The position numbers and the translations under genes were made by a program. From an uncultured Planctomycetota bacterium (lineage in GTDB: Bacteria > Planctomycetota > Planctomycetia > Isosphaerales > Isosphaeraceae), in assembly GCA_963737655.1 (NCBI GenBank), contig CAVTTN010000002.1, positions 608,001 through 672,000 of the forward strand: 64,000 bases of DNA. Reading direction: 5' to 3'. Positions 52,502 to 61,500 of this stretch are shown piece after piece. Below the pieces are notes generated by a model. The model made no database searches. It saw only the letters and a program-made list of their open reading frames with translations, and was not told where the DNA came from. Positions within the stretch are counted from its first letter, which is position 1; each line of letters starts with the position of its first letter.

Positions 52502-52633
52502 CGACCGGGCTCGGTCCCGAGAATCGTTCCAGACGGCACCCTCCTGGACCGATCCTGAGAACGAGGGGTCTGCCGGCCGGGCGGTCGCACGTCGGTAGGA
52601 TGGGCGGATCGCGCGCCGACGGGGGGCGGACGG

Positions 52634-53608
52634 ATGGGGTGGGCCTCAAGGATCGCTCTGATCCCGATCCTCCTGGCGATCGGCGGGACGGCCCTGGCCC
52701 AGGGCGAAGGGGGTCGGGGGCCCGCCGATTCCGGGAGTCCGAACGCCTCGAACTCGCCCTCGGGCGGTCGCCCTGATCCGGATTCGGCGAGCCTTTCCCC
52801 CCTGGAGAGGCTCTGGAAGCGCCTGCTGGTCCCCCTCTCGCACGAGGACGACCCGGACGGCCCGATCAATACCGACCGCCCGACCTTCACTCCGGCCAAT
52901 ACGGTGGTGCCGAACGGGCGGTTCCAGGTCGAATCGGGATACACGTACACCCATGATTTGACCCGATCGTCCCGGACCGACATCCACGACTTCCCCGAGC
53001 TGGCCGTCCGCGTCGGGATCGCCGATCGCGTGGAATTCCGCACGTTCTGGCTCGGGCAGAACTACCAGAGAGTCGTCAGCCGAACCGGCGGGCCGACCCA
53101 GGCCATCAACGGCCCGAGCGACATGGAGATCGGCTTCAAGACCCAGTTGATCCCGGCGGACAAGGACCGGACCTGGCTCCCCACGACGGCCCTGATCACC
53201 TCGATCATGGCGCCCACGGGCGGCGCGTCGCCCTACTCGTCCCAGACGGTCAATCCGTACATCAATCTGATGTACGGCTGGAGCCTCACGGACAAGCTCA
53301 CCCTGGCCGGGAGCACCGGCTACCTCGCCTCCAGGACCCGCGGCTCGGGCGGCCCGGCCGACAGCTTCGAGAGGTACAACCAGTCCCTCGTGGCGTTCCT
53401 CTCGGCGACCGAGAAAACGACGTTCTTCTACGAGTGGTACGCCTTCTTCTACACCAACGCCGCCGACAACCGCCCGAACCACTTCATGGATGGCGGGTTG
53501 CTCTATCATCCCACGCCGAACACTCAGATTGACGTCCGGGCCGGGTTCGGGCTGGGAGACCGGCCGAGCGACCTCTTCACCGGCGCCGGGTTCTCCGTGA
53601 GGTTCTGA
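52634..53608 (+). CDS. Outer-membrane beta-barrel 'transporter' (MetA-pathway-of-phenol-degradation-like)
   Basis: Signal peptide, INTDRPTFT..NTVVP.GRFQVESGY, DMEIGFK, QIDVRAGFGL, terminal GFSVRF. Confidence 0.8.
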   Translation: MGWASRIALIPILLAIGGTALAQGEGGRGPADSGSPNASNSPSGGRPDPDSASLSPLERLWKRLLVPLSHEDDPDGPINTDRPTFTPANTVVPNGRFQVESGYTYTHDLTRSSRTDIHDFPELAVRVGIADRVEFRTFWLGQNYQRVVSRTGGPTQAINGPSDMEIGFKTQLIPADKDRTWLPTTALITSIMAPTGGASPYSSQTVNPYINLMYGWSLTDKLTLAGSTGYLASRTRGSGGPADSFERYNQSLVAFLSATEKTTFFYEWYAFFYTNAADNRPNHFMDGGLLYHPTPNTQIDVRAGFGLGDRPSDLFTGAGFSVRF

Positions 53609-53844
53609 GGCGGGGAAGGGCAGGGGAGGCCAGGGCGGACCGATCTCCGCTCGGGCGATTCGGGCCGGATGGGGCTGCCCTGAGGGGGTCCGATCCGGTA
53701 GGCTCGGGTGGGGGCGTCGGGGGCGATGGCCGCCCCCGGTCGGGATCGGCGGCTGCCCATCGCGCGAAGCACGCACCTCGGGTCGATGACGGCCGGGTCC
53801 TCGCGCCCGGAGGCGCATCGATCCCCCTCGAAGGGAGAGCGACG

Positions 53845-54570
53845 ATGGCAGTGGCACCGCCCCAGGACATGTCGCCGCCGGGCTGGGAATACCTTCTCAG
53901 GTTCACCAAGGAGCACGAAGGGCCGGCCTTCTTCATGTACAACAACTGGCCGCTCAAGACCGACAAGCAGGACGTGACCTGCGGGATCGGCTTCCGCCTG
54001 GAGAACCGCGAGATCGCCGGGGGGGACACGATCCGCAACCTGTTCCGCGTGAAGGCGACCGGGGTGGTCCCGTCCGGCGACCTCATGAAGGCGGAATTCG
54101 ATCGCGTGGCGCTGATCCCGAGGACGGCCACGAACCTCTATTCGGCCTACCGCGACACGTCCGACTACGCGATGGACGAGGACGCGACCTGGGAGCACAT
54201 GAGGGCGCTGATGCGGGGCAAGTTCGAGGGGCAGCGCGGGGTCGCCTCCGCCGGGTTCCTCGCCCACTTCAAGGAGATGCCCGCCCAGGCGCAGATCGCC
54301 CTGGTCAGCTACAATTACGGCTGGTCGATCGAGAAATCGCCGAGCCTTTGCCGGATCCTCAACGCCGACCCGATGGATTTCCTGGGGGCGATGGCCCAGG
54401 TCGTCCAGGCGAAGGATAATCCCGAGCTCGCCGCCAAGAACCTCGCCCACCAGACGTTGATGTGGAACGCCGCCCAGATCGTCAAGAGGAAGGGCACCCC
54501 CGACGCCCCGGACTGGAACCAGATCCCCGACGGCTACAAGCCGCCGGCCCGGATGCCGGCCGCCCCCTGA
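53845..54570 (+). CDS. Hypothetical protein resembling T4-lysozyme/GH24 muramidase
   Basis: KEHEG...MY...VTCGIG and [26 protein letters not shown]. Confidence 0.6.
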   Translation: MAVAPPQDMSPPGWEYLLRFTKEHEGPAFFMYNNWPLKTDKQDVTCGIGFRLENREIAGGDTIRNLFRVKATGVVPSGDLMKAEFDRVALIPRTATNLYSAYRDTSDYAMDEDATWEHMRALMRGKFEGQRGVASAGFLAHFKEMPAQAQIALVSYNYGWSIEKSPSLCRILNADPMDFLGAMAQVVQAKDNPELAAKNLAHQTLMWNAAQIVKRKGTPDAPDWNQIPDGYKPPARMPAAP

Positions 54571-54734
54571 TCGGGTCGCCGGGCCCGGAGGCCGAGGATT
54601 CCCGGAGGATCGGGGTGCCAAGGGGCGGGGCCGATCCGGTACTCTCGGGGGACCTCGTCCCGGGCGGGGCGGCCCCGATCGTGGGACTCTCCGGGCCGCC
54701 CTCCGGGACCGTCTCCATCCTGAGGATGACCGTC

Positions 54735-55229
54735 ATGGCCCGACCGCGCGTCTTTTTCGACATCAGCATCGACGGCAAGCCCGCCGGCCGGATCGCCTTC
54801 GAGCTCTTCGACGACATCGTCCCCAAGACGGCCGAGAACTTCCGCGCCCTGGCCACGGGCGAACCGGGCTTCGGCTACAAGGGGTCGTCGTTCCATCGGG
54901 TGATCCCCCAGTTCATGCTCCAGGGGGGCGACTTCACCAACCACAACGGCACCGGAGGCAAGTCGATCTACGGGACGAAGTTCGCCGACGAGAACTTCCA
55001 GCTCAAGCACGACCGGCCGTTCCTGCTCTCGATGGCCAACGCCGGCCCGAACACCAACGGCTCGCAGTTCTTCATCACGACGGTGCCCACCCCCTGGCTC
55101 GACGGCAAGCACGTCGTCTTCGGCGAGGTCGTCGAGGGCTCGGACCTGGTCAAGCTGATCGAGGCCCGGGGCTCCTCCAGCGGGAAGACTCAGGGGAAAA
55201 TCACGATCGAGGACGCCGGGGCGCTCTAA
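54735..55229 (+). CDS. ppiA: Cyclophilin-type peptidyl-prolyl isomerase
   Basis: [54 protein letters not shown]. Confidence 0.93.
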   Translation: MARPRVFFDISIDGKPAGRIAFELFDDIVPKTAENFRALATGEPGFGYKGSSFHRVIPQFMLQGGDFTNHNGTGGKSIYGTKFADENFQLKHDRPFLLSMANAGPNTNGSQFFITTVPTPWLDGKHVVFGEVVEGSDLVKLIEARGSSSGKTQGKITIEDAGAL

Positions 55230-55386
55230 TCGCGTAGTCCGGTCGGGAATCGTCCGCCCGTTCCTCGTTTCTTCTTGAAACTCGCGGCTCGGGCGCGCAA
55301 TCTTGGTCGATGCGGGTCGGGCATCGCGGCCCGACCCGCGGGCATCTCGCCATCCCGTCACGTCCCTCGACCGGAGGACCCGAACC

Positions 55387-55488
55387 GTGGGCGACAAGGC
55401 GCCGAAAGACAAGGCCAAGCAGAAGAAGATCACCGACACGAAGAAGGCCGCGCCCAAGGCCAACGCGGCGAAGACGGAGAAGAAGTGA
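55387..55488 (+). CDS. Candidate 33-aa lysine-rich small protein
   Basis: GGAGG at 55373-55377, GTG start, MGDKAPKDKAKQKKITDTKKAAPKANAAKTEKK; codons almost all end in G/C. Confidence 0.6.
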   Translation: MGDKAPKDKAKQKKITDTKKAAPKANAAKTEKK

Positions 55489-55582
55489 CGAGGGTTCGAA
55501 CCCTCGATCCCGGCCAGGGTGGGCCGTCCGGTCCGATTGCCGACGGCAGATCGGGCGGCCCGCCTCCGGAACCAACCTGGTC

Positions 55583-57106
55583 TCAGGACGGCCCCGCGGT
55601 GCCCCGCCCCGCCCGAGCGAGGCTCCGGGCCGCCAGGCCGAGCAAGAACGGGTGGCCGGGAACGGCCAGCCCGGGGTCGGCCAGCTCCTGGGCCACCCGG
55701 AGCGCGGCCTCGGCCAGCCAGGGATGCCCCGAGGCGCCCCAGACGGCCGAGGTCCACAGGAGCATCCGCCGATACGTCTCCAGGCGCCCCTGGAGCCGGT
55801 GCTCGAACAGGTAGCGGAACGCCCCGGAGTCCAGCTCGGGGTCCGGCGGCGAGTCTCCGTCGCGGAGCCGGATCTCCTCGGCCAGCGCCCCGGCCAGGTC
55901 GGAGTCGTCGAAGAGGTCGGGAAGCGCCTCCAGGACGGCCTCGGCTCGCGAGGCCATGGGGTCGGCCGAGGCCGTCTCCCCGGTCCTCGTCGCGGCGTCG
56001 GCCAGGATCGGCGCCGGGCGGAATCCCGGGCCGACGCTCCTCTCGATCCAGAACGGAAGGGCCGGGCCCGCGGCCTCCGAGCCCAGCCACAGGGCCCCGC
56101 TCAGGAGCATCCGGGCCAGGTCGTCGGCGCCGGTCGCGGCGGAGGGACCGAGCTTCTCCCGGAGGCCGTCGAACAGCCCTCGCGCCCGATCGAACCCGTC
56201 GAAAATCCCGCCGAGGACATCGGTCACGCCCCGGGTCACGTCGCAAACGAACGACGCGACGACCCATTCCCCCCGGTCTTCGCTGAGGAACAGGATCGGC
56301 CCCCGCCCGTCGCGGTCAAGCCCGCCGACGGCGCTGCCTCGGACCGTGGGCGAAGGTCGATCCGGGCCGTTCCTCCAGGCCGAGACCGCGTCCTCGGCCG
56401 ATTCGCCAAGCCGGTCCCGGGCGATCGCCCGGAGCCTCGCGTCGGGATGGTCGGCGGCGATGGCCGCCCAGGCGAGGCGACCGTCGTCGGAATCGCCGAT
56501 CGGCCCGGACAGGGCCTCGATCGCGGCCGATCGGCAGACGTCATCCGCGGCGAAGCTCAGGAGCCGGAGCAGCCGCGAGACGCCCGGCCCCGATCCCTCG
56601 TCGCCCAGGCCGGTGATGATCTCGCGCCGCACTTCCGGCTCGATCGCCCCGAGCCCGCCCAGGGCCACCCAGGTCGATTCCGGGTCGTCCTCGATCTGCG
56701 AGGCGAGCTCGCCGAAGGGCTCGTCGGAGGAGATCAAGTCCTCGATTTCCGCGAGGCGGTCGAGCAATTCGGGCCGGGCCTCGATCCGCCCCGAACCTTC
56801 GAGGACGCCCAGGGCCTCCCACGCCCGATCGGCGTCCAGGTCCGGCTGGCTCACCAGGCCGTCGGCCAGCGCCTCGAACAACCCGGGGTCGGCCAGCGAC
56901 TCGACCAGGCGGACCAGGGCCTCGAAGTCCCCGCCGGAGAGATCGGCCAATCGCGGGCCGATCGCCTCGATCAGAATACCCCGATCAAACCCGCCGACGA
57001 GTCGATCGAGCGTCCCGGCCCGGGTCGCCTCGTCCCACTCGGGATGGTCCCTGAGCGCGTCGAGCAAGGCCGAGGCGGCGGTCATTTCGCGACGATCGAG
57101 GCTCAT
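55583..57106 (-). CDS. Hypothetical HEAT-repeat-like protein
   Basis: 507-aa acidic, helical ORF. Confidence 0.7.
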   Translation of the reverse strand: MSLDRREMTAASALLDALRDHPEWDEATRAGTLDRLVGGFDRGILIEAIGPRLADLSGGDFEALVRLVESLADPGLFEALADGLVSQPDLDADRAWEALGVLEGSGRIEARPELLDRLAEIEDLISSDEPFGELASQIEDDPESTWVALGGLGAIEPEVRREIITGLGDEGSGPGVSRLLRLLSFAADDVCRSAAIEALSGPIGDSDDGRLAWAAIAADHPDARLRAIARDRLGESAEDAVSAWRNGPDRPSPTVRGSAVGGLDRDGRGPILFLSEDRGEWVVASFVCDVTRGVTDVLGGIFDGFDRARGLFDGLREKLGPSAATGADDLARMLLSGALWLGSEAAGPALPFWIERSVGPGFRPAPILADAATRTGETASADPMASRAEAVLEALPDLFDDSDLAGALAEEIRLRDGDSPPDPELDSGAFRYLFEHRLQGRLETYRRMLLWTSAVWGASGHPWLAEAALRVAQELADPGLAVPGHPFLLGLAARSLARAGRGTAGPS

Positions 57107-57271
57107 GGTCGGGCCTTGCCGAGGCCTGGAAGCGATCTCATCCCAGGCCCTCCAGGCTGACAGACCGCCGGCCCGGCTTCAAGGGCGCCCGGGGGATTGA
57201 CGATTCGGAGGATCGCGGGTCTGTTGAGCGGAGAGATGTCCTGACGCCGAATCCCGGTCGGGGGGGAGACG

Positions 57272-57859
57272 ATGGACGAGACCTCGGGATCAGCCCTTCT
57301 CGACAGGATGTTGAGGGCCGTGGAAAAGGTGCGCGATCGTCTGACCAGGTCGACCTCGGCCCTGGACGCCGCGGGCGTGGCCTATGCCGTGATCGGCGGG
57401 AACGCCGTCGCGGTGTGGGTGGCGACGATCGACGAGGCGGCCGTCCGCAACACTCAGGACGTGGACATCCTGATTCGTCGCGAGGATCTCGACGGCGCAG
57501 AGGCCGCGCTGGCCGCCGCGGGGTTCATCCGTCGCCACGTCGCTGGGATCGACCTGTTTCTTGACGGGCCCACGGCCAAGGACCGGGACGCCGTCCACGT
57601 CATCTTCGCCGGGGAGAAGGTGAGGCAAGAGTACTCCGATCCGGCGCCCGACGTGACGGAGGTCGAGAGGCCCGGGGATTTCGCCGTCCTCTCGTTGCCG
57701 GCCCTGGTGAGGATGAAGCTGACTTCGTTCCGGGACAAGAATCGGACCCACCTCCGCGATTTCCTGGGCGTCGGACTCCTCGATTCGTCCTGGATCGCCA
57801 GGTTGCCGGACGAGCTGGGCACCCGTCTGCAAATGCTGATCGACACCCCCGACGGGTAA
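57272..57859 (+). CDS. Nucleotidyltransferase-family protein
   Basis: YAVIGGNAV...RNTQDVDIL (GG/DxD motif), LVRMKLTSFRDK. Confidence 0.8.
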   Translation: MDETSGSALLDRMLRAVEKVRDRLTRSTSALDAAGVAYAVIGGNAVAVWVATIDEAAVRNTQDVDILIRREDLDGAEAALAAAGFIRRHVAGIDLFLDGPTAKDRDAVHVIFAGEKVRQEYSDPAPDVTEVERPGDFAVLSLPALVRMKLTSFRDKNRTHLRDFLGVGLLDSSWIARLPDELGTRLQMLIDTPDG

Positions 57860-57869
57860 CGGGGCGCCC

Positions 57870-58475
57870 TCAATCCCCGTCGCGGAGGTCGATCGGCGTC
57901 AACACGCCTTCGCCGGTGTCGAGCAGGCCGCATCGGCCGTCGCAGACCGCCCCGAGGCCGATCAGGTATCGCTCGTCCGGGTCGAGCCGGAGCGGGTCGA
58001 AGCGGTTCCAGTTCACCGGGCCGGCCGGGGTGTGGGCCGACCATCGGTGGTGGTGGCCGTGGAGCATCAGGCGGTGGGGGGCCGCGGCGAAGCTCCGTTC
58101 GGGAGGCTGGTCCCCCTGCGAGGACCAGAGGTCGGCCAGGTCCTCGGGGTTGAGGAACGGCTCGATGTGACAGATCAGAACGTCCTCGAACTCCATCCGG
58201 GGTCGGAGGGTGGCGAAAAAGGCCAGGCACTCGGCGGAGAACCGCTCGCGGGCCCGGGGCGACGGCTCCCCGCAGAGCCCGTAATCGTGGTTGCCCCACA
58301 CGCCCTCGACGTTCGCCTCGCCCATGATCCGGGCGGCGGCCTCCACGTTCGACCCGGTCTCGAACAGGTCGCCGAGGAAGAGGATGCGATCGACCTGCTC
58401 GCGACGGAACCGGGCCAGGGCCGCCTCCAGGAATTCCAGGTCCTCGTGGACGTCGGCGATCAGCCCGTACTTCAT
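57870..58475 (-). CDS. Calcineurin-like metallophosphoesterase
   Basis: IADVHE, LGDL, GNHD, HGHHH; ATGA overlap with the helicase stop. Confidence 0.88.
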   Translation of the reverse strand: MKYGLIADVHEDLEFLEAALARFRREQVDRILFLGDLFETGSNVEAAARIMGEANVEGVWGNHDYGLCGEPSPRARERFSAECLAFFATLRPRMEFEDVLICHIEPFLNPEDLADLWSSQGDQPPERSFAAAPHRLMLHGHHHRWSAHTPAGPVNWNRFDPLRLDPDERYLIGLGAVCDGRCGLLDTGEGVLTPIDLRDGD

Positions 58476-60515
58476 GAATTCGAGCCTTTCGGCGGGGGGA
58501 TCGACCAGCCGAGGTCTTCCGGCGCTTCCACCGTGGCCGTCTCGTACAGGGACGCGTCGATCTCGGCGAGGAATCGGCTGGGAGACGTGACGATCGTGGG
58601 CCCTCGGCCGCCTCGGGAGACCGTCAGGGGATAGGTCATCGTGAGCTCGTCCATCGCCCGGGTCACGGCGACGTAGAAAATCCGCCGCTCTTCCTCGTCG
58701 CCGCCCGGTTCCATCAACGCGCGGGCCGAGGGGAAGCCGTCCTCGATCAAGCGGGGGACGAACACCCGCGACCACTCCAGCCCCTTGGCCTGGTGGATCG
58801 TGCTGAGGACCAGGACGCCCTCGTCCGACTCCTCGGCGCCCAGGGTGTCCACGCCGTACACGTCTCCGGCGAGGAGGAGGTCGGCGATCAGGCGTTCGAG
58901 GCTGTCATACTTCGCCGCGAGGACGCCGAGCTGCTCGATGTCGGCCAGGCGGTTGTCGGGCCGTTCGTAGCGGGAACGGACGGTCGCCGGATAGCCGCCC
59001 TGCAAGATGGCGGCGATCGCGGAGGCCGGCTCGGACTCGGGCCTCGCCGCCTGGACCTTCCTCAGGTCGCTCACGAACCCGGCGAAGAAGCCCTTGCCCT
59101 TGGGGGGGACGACCGCCATGACCTCCGCCGTCGCGAGGCTGGCCATCGGGTCGGCCGAGCCGGCGAGCTTCGCGTAAACGGCCGACGCCTTCGCCGGCCC
59201 CACTCCCGGAAGGAGCAGCAGCAGACGCCTCCACGCCGCTTCGTCCCGGGGATTGGCGATCACCCGGAGGAACGCCAAAACGTCCTTGATGTGGGCCTGC
59301 TCGAAGAACCTCAGGCCGCTGCGGACCGTGTACGGGATGCCCCGGGCCACGAGCTCGGCCTGCAGGAGGATGCTGTCGTGATGATTTCGATACAAAACGG
59401 CCATCCGGGACAGGCCGATGCCCTCGTCCCGGGCTTCCAGGATGAGTTGGCAGATCGAGCTCGGCCTCCTCATAGGCGTCCTGGGTGGGGATCGCGACGG
59501 GGAGGAGGCCATCGGGCCGGGCCGAGACGAGCGTCTTGGGGAATCCGCTCGCATTGTGAACGATCGAGGCATTGGTGAACGCGACGATCTGCGGGGTCGA
59601 GCGGTAATTGATCTCCAACCGGAAGATCCGGGCCGACGGGTTCCGCTCGGGGAACTTGAGGATGTTGTCGTAATTCGCCCCCCGGAAGCGGTAGATCGAC
59701 TGGGCGTCGTCGCCCACGGCCGTGAGGTTGCCGGGCCCGGCCTTCGCGATCGTCTCCACCAGCTCGATCTGGATCGTGTTCGTGTCCTGCATCTCATCGA
59801 CGAGGAGGTGAGCGAACTTGCGGCCGTGCTCGGCCAGGTGCGAGGGGGACTCGCTCAGGAGCCGGCCCCACTGGCCCAGGAGGTCGTCGTAGTCCATGCA
59901 GTTGGCCTCGCGCTTCCTCTGGGCGTAGCGGGACGCGGCGGCCTCGATCTTCGGGAGCCATTCGGTCAGGTTCGGCGACCGCTCGGCGACGACCTCGGCC
60001 AGCGTCTTCCTCACGTTGAACGCGTAGCTGATCAGGTGGCCGACGGCGGCCGGCTTCGGGGCCATCGAGCCGGTGCCGATCATCCCGGCGTCGTCCATCG
60101 CAAGCCGGATGAGGTCGGACTGGTCCTCGCCGTCGAGGATCGTGAAGTTCGGGCCGAACCCCAGGGCCTCGGCCGAGCGTCTCAGGATGCGATTGCCGAT
60201 GTGATGGAACGTCCCGGCCCACACGCGGGCGGCCTCGGGGCCGATCAGCGATTCGAGCCGGGAGACCATCTCGCGAGACGCCCTCCTCGTGAACGTCACC
60301 AGCAAGATCGACTCGGCCGGGACCCCTCGGGCGATCAGGTAGGCCACGCGGTAGGTGATGACCCGCGTCTTGCCCGACCCCGGCCCGGCCAGGATCAGGT
60401 TGTAGCCGTCGGGCGCGGTGGCGGCCTCGCGCTGGGGGGCGTTCAGGTCGCGCTCGAACGCCTCGCGGAGCCGGGACTCGGCCGGCTTCCTCTGGAGCTG
60501 GATCTTCCTCGCCAT
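58472..60515 (-). CDS. UvrD/PcrA-family ATP-dependent DNA helicase; apparent frameshift at about 59456
   Basis: AGPGSGKT, TFTRRA, VDEMQDTN, VGDDAQSIYRFRGA, NYRSTPQI, STIHQAKGLEW, EERRIFYVAVTRA. Confidence 0.92.
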
Positions 60516-60623
60516 GACGCCGACTCGACTCTGGGGTTCACCGACCGATTCGCGACCGTTATAGTACCCCGCGCGACCGGCCCGTCTCTACCGGCTCGCT
60601 CGGCGCAGGGAGGCGCACGTACA

Positions 60624-61427
60624 ATGGCCACGATGGAATCCGAACCGTCCACCACGGTGATCCGCGACCCGAGCGTCTACCTCGTCGGCCGCCAGGCGAT
60701 CGACGAGGACGGCCTGGCGCGGTTCCTCGCCGACGAGGGCGTGACCCGCTGGACCACGGACACCGAGGAGGCCGGCGAGACCCTCGTCGAGGTGGCGGGG
60801 AGGCTCTGCTACAAGTCCTACGCCCGCCCCCGGCCCGGCGGCAACTCGGCGTACATCGGCCACATCCTGGAGGTCGGCCACGGCTCCGTCCTGGAGCACG
60901 CCGTCTTCAACTTCATCATCACCGGGGTCAGCCGATCCTTCACTCATGAACTCGTCCGTCACAGGGCCGGATTTGGATACTCCCAGCTCAGCCAACGTTT
61001 CGTGGACGAGTCCACCACGGCGTTCGTTGAGCCCGACCCGATCGCCGAGGACCCGAAGCTCCACGCGATCTGGCTCGACGCCGTGACGGCGACCCAGAAG
61101 GCATATAAGGCCCTGGCCGACGGGTTGGTCGAGCGATTCTCGGGGATCGAGGACCGGACGCTCCGGAGGAAGAAGGCGCGCGAGGCGGCCCGGTCGGTCC
61201 TGCCCAACGCGACGGAGACCCAGATCTTCGTGACGGGCAACGCCCGGGCGCTCCGGCACTTCATCGAGATGAGGGGCGACGCCGCCGCCGATGCCGAGAT
61301 CCGCAAGGTCGCCCTGGCGATGCTCCGCATCCTCCGCGAGGAGAGCCCGAACCTCTTCGGCGATTACCGCCTGATCGACCTGCCCGAAGGGGGCCAGGCG
61401 GCCGACACGCCGTTCCGCAAGGTCTGA
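60624..61427 (+). CDS. thyX: Flavin-dependent thymidylate synthase
   Basis: GHGSVLEH, SRSFTHELVRHR...SQLSQRF, REAARSVLPNATET, NARALRHFIEMR. Confidence 0.95.
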   Translation: MATMESEPSTTVIRDPSVYLVGRQAIDEDGLARFLADEGVTRWTTDTEEAGETLVEVAGRLCYKSYARPRPGGNSAYIGHILEVGHGSVLEHAVFNFIITGVSRSFTHELVRHRAGFGYSQLSQRFVDESTTAFVEPDPIAEDPKLHAIWLDAVTATQKAYKALADGLVERFSGIEDRTLRRKKAREAARSVLPNATETQIFVTGNARALRHFIEMRGDAAADAEIRKVALAMLRILREESPNLFGDYRLIDLPEGGQAADTPFRKV

Positions 61428-61438
61428 ATCGGAAGGGC

Positions 61439-61465
61439 ATCGGACCGCGGAATCCGCGGTCCGAT
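61439..61465. terminator. GC-rich hairpin between convergent genes (possible bidirectional terminator)
   Basis: ATCGGACCGCGG-AAT-CCGCGGTCCGAT; no U-tract. Confidence 0.5.
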
Positions 61466-61500
61466 CCCCGTTCGGAGCGTCGCCAGGCCGTCCCGAATGC

